Positions 16,883 through 31,353 are shown, counted from the first letter of the stretch. The stretch is 64,000 bases of DNA from Monocercomonoides exilis PA203 (GCA_001643675.2 LSRY02000058.1:1-64000); one strand, 5' to 3'. The notes: generated by a model from the letters alone, not told the origin. Numbers and translations are program-made.

Positions 16883-17166
16883 ATATTTTGGGAAATAGTA
16901 ATGAAGAAGATACTGAAGATGAACTTTTAAAATCAGAAAGCGAGGATTCAGATCCTTTTGGAGCTGGAACAGGAGAAGATTCCTCGGAATTTGAACCATA
17001 GATAATATTTTTTATTAAAATTTTGCGAAAATATTTTTTGATCTTTTTTCACGCACATCACTTTTCGCAAGATGTTACGAAGTGAATATTAACAGAATCA
17101 TAAAACAGAACTTCCGTTGTTATTATATAGTGAAAAATTTTGGTACGCGTTTTGTATGTTTATGCC
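16883..17166 (+). mobile_element. Truncated copy of the 3' end of the Merlin element at 32850-34362
   Basis: Encodes ILGNSNEEDTEDELLK...EFEP*, then the TIR ending TTATGCC followed by CTTTTGTT (reverse complement of the TSD). Confidence 0.9.
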
Positions 17167-17676
17167 CTTTTGTTCTCTCACTCAATACTTAAATAATGAT
17201 ATTTGTTTGAAAATATTGAAAAATTAATAGACAATAATAGTTGTAAGCTTTTAAATAAACATGATTTTATGATTCACATCAAAAAATCAATAAAATATAA
17301 AAAATTAATAAAATCAAACATGTTATTGAATAATTCTTTCATTAAATCAGCTAAAAATAAAAGTTAAAATTATTCGAATACTTTGGGTAACACAGCAAAT
17401 AAGAAAAACTAATAACAAAAATATCGGTTGAAATGAAAAAGAACTCAAAAAATCATCATGAAAACATATAAAAAATAAACGAATGATGAACGTATTAAAA
17501 ATTTATAAAAAGCAAACTGTTATTTGATATGATACAGCTGAAACATTCAATTATCATGATCAAACTTATCACATAATTTTTGACTTTTTGAATTAAAAAT
17601 AGATATTCTCAAATCAGTTTTGCTTAAGTCAAATCAAAAATATGTATTCAATTCGAAAAAGTTCAAATTTTGATAT

Positions 17677-17749
17677 GCCCTAGTAGCTCAATTGGTAGAG
17701 TGTCAGACTGAAGATCTGCAGGTAGTTGGATCGAAACCGACCTGGGGCA
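17677..17749 (+). tRNA. trnF: tRNA-Phe(GAA), atypical (A54/A60 T-loop, T27-C43 mismatch, A15/A48)
   Basis: 73-nt cloverleaf: acceptor GCCCTAG/CTGGGGC, D-arm GCTC/GAGT, anticodon loop CTGAAGA, T-arm GTTGG-ATCGAAA-CCGAC; downstream T-run. Confidence 0.85.
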
Positions 17750-17959
17750 AATATTTTGTTTTTTTTTCAACTCAAAATCTTTTGATTTAGTTCTAATTAT
17801 TATTATTATTATTTTTTTTTTTGAAGCGTGTTTTTAATATTTGGTAAATGCAGAAGATTGCAGAACCTAAATCTTATATAATATTTTAAAAAATGTTTTA
17901 TGTGACAAAAAAATTTTATTTCAAACATATCTCGTATTTAGTGCGTATAAGCAGATATT

Positions 17960-18660
17960 CTGTTTCATATTGAACAAGTGTTTCAAGAACAGCTGCTGTG
18001 AACACTGTTTCAAAAATGGATTTGACATTGGGAGGATAAGAATCCATTGTTGAAATAGATGAAGTCATTCTTCACAAACGAAAATTCCAAAAAGAAGGGC
18101 CAAACAACAAATATGGATCTTTGGCATGGTTGAACGAAAAACTGATAAAAATCAAGGAAAATGTCTTATTGTCCGTGTTGAAAACAGAAAGAAATAATCT
18201 TTGATACGAATTATTGAAAATTACATAAAAAAGCAGACGAAAATTTATTCTGACGAGTGGCACTCTTATTCCTGTTTAAATTCTTTAAGTTATAAGCATT
18301 CAACAGTTTGCCATAAGAATCGGTTTAAAGATATAACAACTTCCGCTTGCACGAACATTATCGAAGGGCTTTGGAGTCAACAATGATGGTTTTTGCCACG
18401 TCCAAGTTCAAGATAAAAATTAAAAGATAACTATTTGGCAAGTTTAATGACAGAAAAAAACAAACCTTTGCATTTTCATGAGTATGTTTGAATGATTCAT
18501 GATTTTGAACATGCAAAGGAGTTCGAAAAACAAAAGGAGCAAATTGAAGATATTGTTGATGAAAACACAAAGAATGAAAGCGATATCACTCAAACAACAG
18601 AAAGATCATCAGAAGACGATTTTGAAGTTTGTGATGGCAACGATACTTCTGAATATGCTG
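17960..18660 (+). pseudogene. Degenerate Merlin/IS1595 (ISXO2-like) transposase
   Basis: LGG*ESIVEIDE..KRK, WIFGMVER, VENRKK*SL, IYSDEWHSY, HSTVCHK, TNIIEGLWS; stops and frameshifts; acidic tail. Confidence 0.85.
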
Positions 18661-19042
18661 AAAATTTGTTTTTTTGTTATTTTTTCACATTCGCAAAATA
18701 TCTCATGAATTGTCTCTAGAAACTCATTCATTTTTTTTAAACAGCATAGAAAATGTTTTTGAATCTTTATAAGGACATTTTATATAACATTTCTGAAAAA
18801 AAAGAGGAACACCTATCTTCTGCTCATGCAGAATATTAATGAAGTGCTCTCGTTCAAGAAAAGTTAGATTATGGAATAGGCTGAGAAGATATGTGTGATT
18901 ATTTTTAAAGCCATGTTTTTTCCGTCTTAAATGTATATTAAAAAATTTCACTATGAAAATTGATGAAAGTGCACTCTATGAAGTGTTCTATTTTTGTGTG
19001 ATTTTGAAAAATTTGCAAAATTCAGAAATTTTTCTGAGATAT

Positions 19043-19282
19043 GGCAAAAACTTTTTGAAAAGTTCCATTTGTTTAATTTTCAAATAAAACAAAAATTTTA
19101 TATTTTCATCAAATTTCTGTTCCCACTCACGAAACTTCACAATAATGTAAATATTAGCATTGTCTTGATTTTGTTTTCATGAAAACATATTTTCATAAGT
19201 GGGAACAGAAATTTGATCAAAATCTGAAATTATTATTTTTGTTGAAAATTAAACAAAAGGAACTTTTCAAAAAAATTTTGCC
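19043..19282. mobile_element. Foldback MITE-like element with ~95-bp imperfect arms (GGCAAAA...TTTTGCC), flanked by ATAT
   Basis: Arm ggcaaaaactttttgaaaagttcc...atcaaatttctgttcccact pairs with agtgggaacagaaatttgat...ggaacttttcaaaaaaattttgcc; ATAT on both sides. Confidence 0.7.
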
Positions 19283-20859
19283 ATATTATCAAATTAAACC
19301 AGTGTCATAATAGTTTTAATCCCTCGTCACATAAGTCAAATTGGATTTCTCCCATCAGAGAAAAAAATATTTTGAATATTAATATTTTATCAAATGTGTT
19401 TTCAACTGTGTCAATAACTTTTTATTTAAAAAATAAGAATTTTTCAGAAATTAAAAATGGAAAAAATAAAAATTTTTTTTTGCAAAAAAATCTCATTTCT
19501 GTTTCTTTTTACGAGAAAAGCAAAGAAATGGACTTTTTCACATTTTTTTCATCAGAAAGTTATAATAAGATTATTGATTGTTTATTATTTTATATTTTTT
19601 ATTATCATCACATTGTTTTTTCCTTATCAAAACTGTTTCTTATTAAAACTTAAAAATAGAGAACAACTCTATTTTTTTCATTGGTTAAGTGATATGAATT
19701 ATTATTTTTTCACTAATTCAATTATATCTCCCAATATTTGGAAACATTTTGACATTCCATTTCAAAGATCATTTTAAATACATTTCATTTAACTATTTGC
19801 AAATTGTTTCTATCAGCTATGAAAATGAATATTTGTCATTAATATTTTGGCACAGGTGTGAATCTCACTCCTTTTTGTTTGCATTTTTTTCAAATATATA
19901 ATATAACAGCGTTTGTCTGCATAATTAAACAAAGCAATTCAAGTGAGAAATTTTCGAAATTCGACCGAAAATTTTCTTTCAGTAAAATTTTTTATAGTCT
20001 GCCTGGAAATAAAGTTGACTTGCCCAAAAATAATTGTTTTTTCTTCTTTGTTAGCAGTTTTTGAAAATGTGGAAAAATACCTTGCTTTTGTTTTTGAGAA
20101 TTGAAATAATGGAAAACATCCAGATAATTGATGCAAGAACGATGGAAAATATTGTCGAAGTTAAACAATCCACACCCTTCCTTGGGGAATATCTGGTTAA
20201 TCCAATTTTTCTTCCAGTCATTCATCCAGTTGAATATCAACTTCACTAATCAATTAAATCAAAGGCGCATTTGATGGAAAAAGAAAAAGGAGAAAGACAA
20301 AGAAAAATTGAAGAGCTGAGAAATGGAAAAACAAAAAAAGAAAATGAGAAGAAAAATCCTCATTCTTCAGCAACATTTGCTTGAAGAAAAACAAAAGAAG
20401 AATTATGTAGAATTCATGGCCAACAGAAAACGGAAAATTGGTATGAAATCAATGCACATTAAATCCAATTACAACATCGAATAATTATGCAAAGCTTCGA
20501 ATTGGCATCGACATATCTTTTCCACTTGACAAAAAAGACAGGACAAAACAGGTCAACAATGAGACCAATTAAATAAATATTTTAAGAGGAAATAAAAATA
20601 AAAAATATTTTTTTGCCAGTTGGACGAATTTCTAAAGAATTATCTGTCAATTCGCTTCAAAAAGGAAAAACATTCGTGAACCAAATACTGTCTGAATCCA
20701 ATTTCAATCAATCAGAATTTCCTTTGTTTTTTATAGAAGAATAACAACAAGGCCTTCAGCATTCGATTCTGATGAAAATTAAAAATACGAATAGATTCTG
20801 TGAATCAGTTATTTCACTATCAAAAGGATGGAGCAAGAGTATTTGACATGAATTAAACT

Positions 20860-21372
20860 TCATGGAACATTGATAACATCAGATAATATGGTTGATACAT
20901 AAAGGGAAAAAGACTCTTAACATCACATCCTTTTTGCACTCACTCTATAACAGCAATAACCTCAATATCACACGATAAGATGTGTTATTCTGAGCTTATT
21001 CAAGGGTCTGTCACTCATGAAATTTTCGAATCATATTTGAAAAAGTTTCTCATGACTGTAAAGGATAAAGATTCATCCATTGCTGTGATAAATAATTCAT
21101 TGATTCACAATTTTCACCGAAGCTATTATTTAAGAAAAGTTGGGCATTTCGCTTTGAACAATGCAGCGTAATCACTTGAATAAAATCCGGTGGACAATAT
21201 ATTTTCTATTTGGAAGATAAATGCTGAAAAAATTTGCTCAGATGGGAAGGAGAAGATCGTTTTACAATTTCTTTATTGAAGGCAAAAAAGAAATATCGCC
21301 TCGCGTTGTGAGAAGATCAATTATGCACGTCGAAAACAAAGTCTGACGTTGAGTTCTTGGAAAAAAGGATTG
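20860..21372 (+). pseudogene. IS630/Tc1 (DDE_3-like) transposase relic
   Basis: GSVTHEIFESYL..AVINNSLIH..NAA*SLE*NPVDNIFSIWK resembles DNA.IH...YSPELNPIE..W. Confidence 0.7.
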
Positions 21373-21507
21373 ATAAACATTTATGTTAATTAATTATTCT
21401 TTTCGAATTGATTTGCTATTTTTTCAATTCACTATTTTTTTGCAATAAGCCAAATGGCAGATATTTATAAGTTCTTTTTTATTTGAAAGAAAAATTATTT
21501 ATAAAAT

Positions 21508-21763
21508 GGGCACTTATTTTGGTAATCATATTATTTCATTCTTCATTTTCTGTTCAAAATTTTTCCTTAAGTACTAACAAAAAACACTGGAAAATGAAAA
21601 AGCTCATAGAAGTCATCTTCATCTTTATTTGGGTGAAAACATAAGCTTTTGAAACAGTTCTGATTATACCAACACATGAATAAGAATTTTCTTCACAAGG
21701 GAAAACAACCTATGAAAAAGCAACACCCCAAAAAAAAAGTTCTGATATCAAAAGGAATCACCC
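21508..21763. mobile_element. ~255-bp MITE (GGGTGATTATTTTTGA-type TIR), TSD AAAT
   Basis: AAAT|GGGCACTTATTTTGG...GGAATCACCC|AAAT; internal similarity to 40866-41120. Confidence 0.7.
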
Positions 21764-24709
21764 AAATGATAAATTTTTATAAATTGAAATATTACACAAA
21801 GATATTTTAATTCACAAATATGTAGGATGCCACTCTTCTATTGAAATACACCAATGTTTATGTTTCAACAATAAAATACAGTTTGTAATTTTTTGTTATT
21901 CATTATTATAAAAAAAAATTTCATTGAGATGTTTCACTTTCGAATTTGAATTGTGAAGATAACAAATAAAACTTAGTCAAAAAATTTAACAGTTTTTTAT
22001 TGTTTCATTAAATTCGTTTTCCAAGAACAAACATGATATTAATTTAATCGAAAATAATTTGAACATTGTTAATGATTCCACAAAAAATGAAACTTAAATT
22101 ACATCAAAAAAACACAGCTCTAAGGATTGACAAACTTCTGCAATAGTTTTGTTCGATGATGATACATCTTTACGTTAAATTAAATAAAAATTTCAAAAAA
22201 TACATTCCAGAAAAGAATTCAAACAATATCAATCTTTTGAACATTTGCACATGATCGATTTCATTGTTAAAAATTATAAACACTGAAAAACTTAATGTTT
22301 CTTCCTTATGAAATTTCGTATGTTAAGAAATTGTTTGAAAAACATTGAAATAGAGTTTCTTTGATCGTTTCATTTCATTTGTTGATCAATTATTATTTTT
22401 GGGCAAGTCAACTTTATTTCCAGGCAGACTATAAAAAATTTTACTGAAAGAAAATTTTCGGTCGAATTTCGAAAATTTCTCACTTGAATTGCTTTGTTTA
22501 ATTATGCAGACAAACGCTGTTATATTATATATTTGAAAAAAATGCAAACAAAAAGGAGTGAGATTCACACCTGTGCCAAAATATAAAGACAAAATATGAA
22601 ACAAAATGATTTTTAATAACAAAACTGAAGCATAAAACATTTATATCCGTTTGATATTGAACGAAAAAATTTCAATATTTCATTCAAGAAAACAGTCTAT
22701 TTTTTGATTGTTTGTTGTAAAAATACAGAAATTTAATAAGTTTTTTTACAGATATATCTTTTGAAAAAAAATAATGATGATTATATGTTTCAAAAGAAAA
22801 ATATAAAAACTGAGAAATACAAAAGAATAAATTCTTTGAAGACTGAAAGAATTGTGACGTTATGAAACTTGTTTTCTGACAGATTGATTACACCAAATTG
22901 TTGTGGAAAAATTAGAAATAAATAGAAATAAGAAACGAAGAAAAAGAGAAATCAGCAAGGAGAGTAAACAAAAAAAGGCAATAAAGAAAAACACAGGAAA
23001 AATGATCAGCAAAAAGGAAAAAAGGCAAATAAGTGATATAAGAGCAAAAACATTACAATAAGACAAAAAAATGAAAGGAACAAGAAAAGTTTCTATAAAT
23101 GGTTTCTTATATTGTCTATTCAACTCAAAAACCAAATATTCAGAACAATTTGAACATTGAATCACTTTCTTTTTCACAGTAATAATTAACCAACATCTGC
23201 AAAATGAAATTTTAATATATACGACCTTCATTTGCTTAACAATTTCAATTTTCTCTTCCACTGATTTATCCTCCTCCTTTTCTGTATTCTCTTCCTCATT
23301 TTCCTTTTCATTCATTTTGTCATCTCAGTCACAGCATTGTCACTCCAACACACATATAACAACCACTTCCGTCTTTGCTCTTCTCAACTTCTCTTCTTGC
23401 TCATTCCACAAGCGTGCGAAGATCATCGCGGAATTGTCAAATACTTTCATTTTCCTCTCTTTCTACAAACAACTATTGAAACTTTCAAAAAAATTGGAAC
23501 TTCCACACATACCGAACGCTTTCTCTTCTTCTTCCTCTTCTCCTCCTTTTCTTCCGCTTCTTTTGCGTTCTTTGTCTTCAATGTTAATGCTGCATCGAAA
23601 TGTGTGTTTCAAACAAAACAGCTACAAGAAGAAGCGAAACGAAAGAGAAGAGAAAGAAAGATTTGTGAAGAAACGGATGAAATATCCACAGAAGCTGATG
23701 ATGCTCCACAGTGACAACTGCTTGAGAAAAAGCGATTGAGATCTTAGTGGCATCTCCAGAACGCTCCATTCCCCGTTTTTTCTGACACTTTCACTGACTC
23801 TCTTTCAAAAGAAGGAAGGCACAGTTCACTTTGAACCATTGCTGCAGGATGACCTTTCAGATGCACCGCCTACTGCATCTTCTCCAGAAATGAAAGATAT
23901 TCTGCTGATCGCTGAAGATAAGATTATCAGACCAACAAAAACAGATTGCCTTTATCGATTTCCTGTTTCTTCAGCATAATCGATATCTTTTTCATCTTAA
24001 ATATCTTTTTTTTCTAAAGAGTATTCTTCGTCTATTTCATCATCTTCTTATTCTTCTTAAAATTTTGATATGATCTCATCTGTAACTTTACAGCTCAATC
24101 TCGTCTCTGCCAGACAAAAACATTTGATCTTCATCACATTTCATATTTACGTTGAAACTATCAAAACAATCACTTTCACATCAATTTGCTTCATCTGCAC
24201 ATGGTTCTTCTTCAGCTCTTTCGAACTCTTCAGGTTTTTCTTTAACTATCCATCTGTTAAACTTATTCACAACCTTCGCTTTACAAAATTTCATCGCTTT
24301 TCACAAAGCTATTTCTTTGGAAAAAATACACACCAAATTATTAAGAAGATAAAAAAAATCGAATAGAAGCATTAACACAATTGTTAGAAACATTTGGAAT
24401 ATAAGTGAACCATCTGTCATCAACAGATAAAATGTTATCATTTTCAAAATGAACGAAATGCTTTATAGGATTGTCAATTTACTCAAAGAAGTGAAGAATT
24501 TGTGAGTGTCATCTTTCTGGAATTAATTTTCAACAAGTGCAAATGCCCAAAAATAACTTCTTTTTGGTACAAAAAAAATACAAACAAAAATATTTAGATA
24601 ATTAAAATTTGAAGAATTTTTGCAAATAAAGGATAGAAACGTTTGAAAATCAAATATCAATAAATTAACTTCCAAACTGAAAGAAATGCATTTCCTTTGA
24701 AGTCGCGTT

Positions 24710-25030
24710 TTATTCCTGGATTGATATTAAAATTTCAAAAAAACAAAACTTATATATAAAATTGAAAATATGTTCTTGAAATAATATATTCAACAATTGA
24801 ATGCTAAATGCATACTTATTATCTCCAAGAATATTCTTCATTTTCGAAATCACTCTTTCGCAACTCACCTCGCTGTATTGCGAAGAGAAAAGAGTCTGAT
24901 TCAATCCAGCGAATATTATCTGAAGATCTTTATATGAGGCAAATGTATTGAAAAAAACTTCTGGGTCTTCTAAAATGATTAACGATGAGCTTCCTTTAAA
25001 AATCGTTGAAATAATACGCAGCAACCGAAT
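24710..25030 (-). pseudogene. hAT transposase C-terminal dimerisation-domain relic
   Basis: SEVSCERVISKMKNILGDNKYAFSIQLL matches the hAT S...ER.FS motif. Confidence 0.6.
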
Positions 25031-27329
25031 TTTATTTTTGTGTCATAATGTTCAATTACTTCATTTGTATATTTCAAAAACGCAGACATTAATCAGGGGA
25101 ACAAATCTGTCAATAATTGTTTTCCCATCATTTGAATGATTTCAACTTCTTTTTCGTATGATTGTTCAATTATTATAGGCATTTCACTTGTTGAAAATCG
25201 TATTTCTACCTCATATGTCTAAAAATCGTCAGTATTTCTATTTTTATCACTATCTGTACTATTGCAATTATTTCAATCACTGAGACTATCATTTTTTGAT
25301 ATTTTATCATCCATAAAAGTTGAACACACTTTATGATCTTCGATTTCAGAAGTGGAATTCGACAAAGATGAAAAGGAAGAAGAAGAAGAAGAAGAAGAAG
25401 AAGAAGGAAAATGAGAATAAATAGAAGTTGGAGAAGAAAAAGAAGACAAAGAAAAATAAGAGTAAGAGGAAGAGAGTGAGGATGAGGAACAAAAAAAATG
25501 AAATTTGTTAGTGTGAGAAGGTGGTTTCTTTTTTGTTTTACAAGTTGACAGTTTGTTGATCATGGAAAAAAAATATATATATATTTAAAATACGATTTCT
25601 TGAGTGCATTTGATCAAAAATGAAAATATCGAATATTGAATATTTTTCGAAGTGAAACAGTTTTATCTTTTCTTTTCATTTTTTTTTTTGAATTTTGTTG
25701 GTCAATCTCAACACTCATGATGTTTCTTTTCTTTTAATAAATTCTCTTTCCTTTTCATTTTTCATTATCTTCACTTGTCATTTTTTGAATTCACTGATCT
25801 TTTTTTTCTTATTTCATAGATTTTCAATTATAGAATATGTTTATTTCTTTTCTCTTTTTCCAATTCCAACAAAATAAAGTGTTCTTAACATATCACTTCA
25901 AATGCTTTTGTTTTCTTTTTTTTGTTATTCTTTGCTTGACAATCCTTGATTGCACTTCATCACAAACAATTCACTCCTCCAAACCCGTTTAAAAAGCAGA
26001 TAAAAACTATCCCAATCTGCAGATGCAGCCTCCTCATTTTTCAACTTTATTAAATACCTTTTGAATACAGATTTTTTCCCATTAACATACGGAAAACTAT
26101 GATTGAAGCTTTGCAATGAAATCATCTATCTCTTTTTAATTTTCATTGAATTTTGAATAGCACATAATTCTCCTTTCATGTTGCCACAAGTGCTTAACTC
26201 GTATCTATAATTAAAATTATTCGTTCATATTTAGAAATGTGTTCATTGTTCGTTTTTGCATTTGAGCTTTAAAAAAAAATTTGGAAACGTTCAAAAAGAA
26301 TGAATGAAGTGTAAATGTTGAGAATTTATTAAAAGAAGGTTTAAAGTTTATTTTGATAAATACTTTCACTTCATCTTTTTTATGCATTGAATTAAAATTA
26401 TCAAGTGGGTTCCTCATTCCATTTTCAAATCAATTATCACGTTTCGTTATTCCAAACTTTTCCAGAAAAGACAGAAAAATTTAAAAAAAAAGAAAAAAAC
26501 GACTATCACAACGAAGAATAAACTTTTATCGAAATTCAATTTCTTTTTAACTAAAAGCCGGTGAAATTGCTCTTAGAACAAATTACTCCTTATTCGATAT
26601 TTCTTCTCTCCTCGGAATCGCTTCCTTCCCTCTTATTGCGGTTTGTGATTTCAGAATTTTTCTTATCTTTTACTGTTTATTTTTCTTTGATCTTCATTTG
26701 AAATAGAGCATGTCAAAAGAATGTTGAATACTTCACGAGAATGCTTGGTTTTTCATGTTGAAGGAGTCGTAGAAGTTTTCGATTTTTCAATTTCTTTTTA
26801 TTTGGATCGAAGAAATACAAGATGCTGAAAAGCATCTTCAAGTGGTATAATCAAATTTAAGTATTCCAATTCTTCAATAATTGCTGATGAATGAGATTTG
26901 TGATCAAAAGGCGAAGAAGAAGAACCCGATATGTTTTATGAAGTTAAATTCTCCAACGAAGAAATTTTTGTTGAACGAATTTCAAAAGTTTTCGATGAAA
27001 CTTGGATTCTTTGCATTTATATTGGAGAATTGTTTCCGAAAAGTTCTTCAGTTAATCTTGAGATTAAAAATGAAGATTCTCTTTTTATGAAAAGGTTTCA
27101 TTGGATGCTCCAGATACACGAGAGAGAACAGGAGCTGCTTCAATACACAAAACTCATTTCTTAATGAATGATGCTTTTATTGTTGGATGCACACAATTAT
27201 ACAGTGGTTCTTTATATTTTGTTGAAAAAATAATATATGGCGTAAAAATTAATGTGGAGAAAAATAATTATTCATAAATATAATCTCCATTAAATGTTTT
27301 AATGAACTGTAATCTCTATCCACAACTGT

Positions 27330-28245
27330 TAAAAACTAGAACATTCATTTCAGAAAATATCGATTGAAAATTTTTTCTTATTTCCATTACCAATTCAAAT
27401 GAATAAGAAATGCTTTTTCCTTTCAAAGCCTGTTTTGTGATACCGAATAGAAAAAAATCACATCGGGCAAAATCAAAAGAATACTTCGTATGTGGAATAA
27501 TATTCTGTTAATTCTCTTCTGCAAAATCCTTTGAGACTGAGGGTGTGAGAATGAGCGTTATCAAAATGAAAGTGAAAATCCATTAGTAAAACTGAAGTTT
27601 TTTCCTCATTGATTTGGCATATAGGTTTTACAATTGAATTCACATTATATTCTGCATTTATTTTTGTTTTTTCTGGTTGAATATTAAGAAAAAACAACAC
27701 ATGAATCGAAATAAAAATAATGAACAAGTATTTTTCATCAAAAAATGTAGTATTAGCAATAGTTGATGCTTCATATAATTCTTTTCTCCATTCGCATTCG
27801 AAATTATGTCTTCTGTTGAAAAAACCTCTTTTCCTGTTATTAGTCCTTCAAAATTTCTTTTCTGAAAATCTCGTTATTTCTCCAATAATTGCAAGCCTAT
27901 TTGAACGTTAATTTTTTTCTGGTCCTCATTCATGTAGTATGGCACTTACATAATTTTGTGAGAATGAAAATGTTATTTATCATGAAGAACACTTAAAACT
28001 TTTGTTTTTGCAACACTAAATTGTTCTGACAACGCTCTGGAGCTAAAATGAGGATTTTCTTCCACTGCTTGTTGTATCTTCTTCATCAACACTTCATTAG
28101 TTGGCCTGCTGCGACTATAATGTCTCCTGTCAATTTCTTCTCGCCTTTGAATTCGAATGTTCCATGAACGAATAGTTCTGAAATCCGGAAGTTTTAAACC
28201 ATATTCAATTTGTTATTTTTCATATATTTGTTCGGCATTCATTCC
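27330..28245 (-). pseudogene. mariner (DD34D-type) transposase relic
   Basis: *VPYYMNEDQK (WVPHEL motif), FHFDNAHSH and DFARCDFFLFG (SPDLAPCDF motif) in order across frames. Confidence 0.75.
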
Positions 28246-28329
28246 AATCAAAGTGCAGAAACTTGTAATTTCAAAAAGTTTTTGATAATTCATTTTTTAT
28301 TTACGTATTTTTAATTCTTTGTGCAAAAT

Positions 28330-29383
28330 AAAAAGGACCACCGTGTTGATGCCAATGCTTCAGGAAGAACATCTGAAAGTTGTGTTCTATTAGAAGGGAG
28401 TGAGAATGTGGATGGAATGACAAATTTGTTGTTCAATGAAAATTTTGGTTTAGAAAAAACACTAGAGTCACACGGTTAAAACAAGTTTGTCATATTCTGT
28501 GTAAATCGTTTCTTGATAATATTTTTTTTGCTGTTTATAAAAATAAATTCATTTTTTAGAGTTGAATGATTATCCATCGACAAAAGAGCGCGATGAAAGC
28601 CGATTTGTTTGAATTTTTCTTCGATTAACGAAATCCAACAATTGATCATGATGTATTTGTATATTACTTTCGTGATACACTCAGAAGAGGAATTAATATA
28701 TCGGATATCAAATGATAAAAGAGAACGAAACTCTTTCGGGAGGGTTTTCTTAAGAAAAAAAAAAGATATCAAAGTTCCTTCAGTGCAGACACAGAGGCAA
28801 AGTGTGGAATTCAGCTCTTTTGGATGTGTTGAAACAGTTGCATGAGTTTGATATTTGAAGCAAATTACAAATTTTATTGAAGACTCCCCATATGTTATTG
28901 AAGATTTGTCGAAATTGGATATGTTTGATGAAGTGATGTCATAATTTGAAATTTCATTTGAATGTTTTGAAAGCCATCTGCTTATATTTTTTGACGACTG
29001 AGCTTATATTTTCGTGACGTCTCTTAGTCTTTGAGCAACTGCTTTTAATATTTCGCTGCATTGGATTAATTTTATTACAAATATCTTATTGATTATTGAC
29101 AATTCATTTTTTCAATATTGACACGTTTTCAATTTTATTCATACACTGAAAAGTTCAAAAAAGTTAAAAAAAACATAAAAATAAATAAAACCAACAATGG
29201 TTTGCAAACCACGAATTCGAAAAATTGTCTGGTTTTGACAAAAGAACAAAAAAAATTGTCAATTTCTTCCAATTTATCATTCGAAATTGCCTGAGTGTGT
29301 CCATTCCCAACAGCTTTTCTGTTAGCTTTATCCAATTTGATCCATTGTTTCCGAACATTTCTTGTGACAACTTTTGCTTTCAT
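28330..29383 (-). pseudogene. pogo/Tc5-like (DDE_1) transposase relic
   Basis: ISNFDKS, RALLSMDNHST and HSIHILTP motifs in order; multiple disruptions. Confidence 0.55.
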
Positions 29384-31353
29384 TGAAGAATAATATAAAA
29401 CTTTGTAAGTTCACAAAATAGCAAAAAGCTTTTTTGATGAGAATTTGAATTGGGATAATTACTTTGTCACTTGAACTCTGTGTCACTGAGATGATGAGAA
29501 TTCAAGTTTTTCTATTATCAAAATTGGGAATAATCAAACTTGTAAATTTTTCTCTTGATATCTTTTTGATCCAATGAAAATGAAAATAAATTTCAGAGTC
29601 TGGGATTCTTATAAATAATACTTAGCAATAATATAAATGGGATAAAATAATTAACTTTATGAATTTTCATTGAGAAATTTTGCATCTGAGATGAACTTTT
29701 TGTGATCAAAAAAACTTAAAAAAATTGGTTCATTTTTTGAATTACATTTGAGGTCGCCATTCATTATTATATGATATCAGTGATTCTTGTTTGAAGATAT
29801 GAAAATCACATTTTTTTGAAATCAGAGTCAGATTTATAATTTTGAGTAAAACAAAATTCTGTTGCAACGTGTGAAAAAGCTGAAAAGTTCGAATTTTCCA
29901 CCATTTCATTTCTGTATTATATGAAAATTGTTGATTTATGAAACCCTGTGAATGTTTTTCTGTTTTTAATAATAAATAACAATTACAAGATATCTTGAGA
30001 AACTTGTTTTTTGAAAAAAAACCGTGCAATAAAGAAAAATGGTGAAATTAATATCTGTGATAATATTGAAAAAGAAAAAATAATAACATGTGAGTGAAAA
30101 ATCATCATTTCATAACTTTTAAAAAATTGAATAAAATATTCACTGGATAGCCAGATAGTCTTTAATCTTGTTTCTTTAATTATTTTTATATTTGACTTTA
30201 TAATTTTGTAAAATTTAATCAAAAAACATTTGTCACAATGCAGTGAACGATCAAGACAGAAATTGAAATATTTGTTTTTCAGAACGAACTTTTTTTAAAA
30301 GCTCAGAAATAGTTGCAGAAAATTCTGGAAAAAAAACTGTTATGAAAAAAAGAAAAGAAAAGAAAAGAAAAAGAAAAAGAAAACGGGTTGTTGAAAAAAT
30401 CAGCACCATGTTTAAAAATTTTCATTCGAAAAGTCATAATTTTCTCTGTTAATAATTTTGATTGTTGTTATTTTTTCAAACGAGTTACAATGAACAAGTT
30501 TTCTATAACACTCACAAAATAAATGTTCAACTAATTTTTGCTGAAAATGGTGAATTTTCCAGAAATATGTTAGACTCAACGTTTGCGAAACGTGTGTGTG
30601 ATTATTTTTGAAATTAATAGTTTTTTGAGGGTGTCTATTTTTCATATGGGTTTTGATACATATCTTCAAGCTTTTTTTGCACAATGTGCAAAAAAATTGT
30701 ATCACAAATAACTTTACAAATCTTTCTCGGATTTAAGAATAAATTGGATTATCACATCTGTGGACAAACACCATTGATATTACAACATTGTGCATTGAAA
30801 ACAAACACGTATATATATAAAATATTCCTTTTCATTCATATTTATTGATCACAAAAAGTCTATTAAATGTGCATATTATTTCAATGAAAAAGTTTGAAGT
30901 TTCATATTTTTTCTCTCTGTTTTAATCATTTGAAAATAACTATTTCAACAAATGATATGTGCATTCCAATAATAATAAAAATCAATAAAAGATACGAAAG
31001 AGAGACAAAAATGACATTTGAAGAATTTTCTTCTTAACATTGCTCAAAAAACATGATTTATAACAAAATTTCGAACTGAAATTTTTGGATGGAAAAAACA
31101 TGGCTTTAAAAATAATCACACATATCTTCTCAGCCTATTCCATAATCTAACTTTTCTTGAACGAGAGCACTTCATTAATATTCTGCATGAGCAGAAGATA
31201 GGTGTTCCTCTTTTTTTTCAGAAATGTTATATAAAATGTCCTTATAAAGATTCAAAAACATTTTCTATGCTGTTTAAAAAAAATGAATGAGTTTCTAGAG
31301 ACAATTCATGAGATATTTTGCGAATGTGAAAAAATAACAAAAAAACAAATTTT

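Larger units (their letters stand above)
16883..18923 (+). repeat. Left arm of a 2.04-kb near-identical inverted duplication
   Basis: Reverse complement of 31091-33133; identical ORF translations on opposite strands in the ORF track. Confidence 0.95.
19842..22584 (+). mobile_element. IS630/Tc1-type TIR element with ~195-bp near-perfect TIRs and a dead transposase
   Basis: TIRs 19842-20036 and 22388-22584; internal DDE_3-like relic. Confidence 0.8.
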
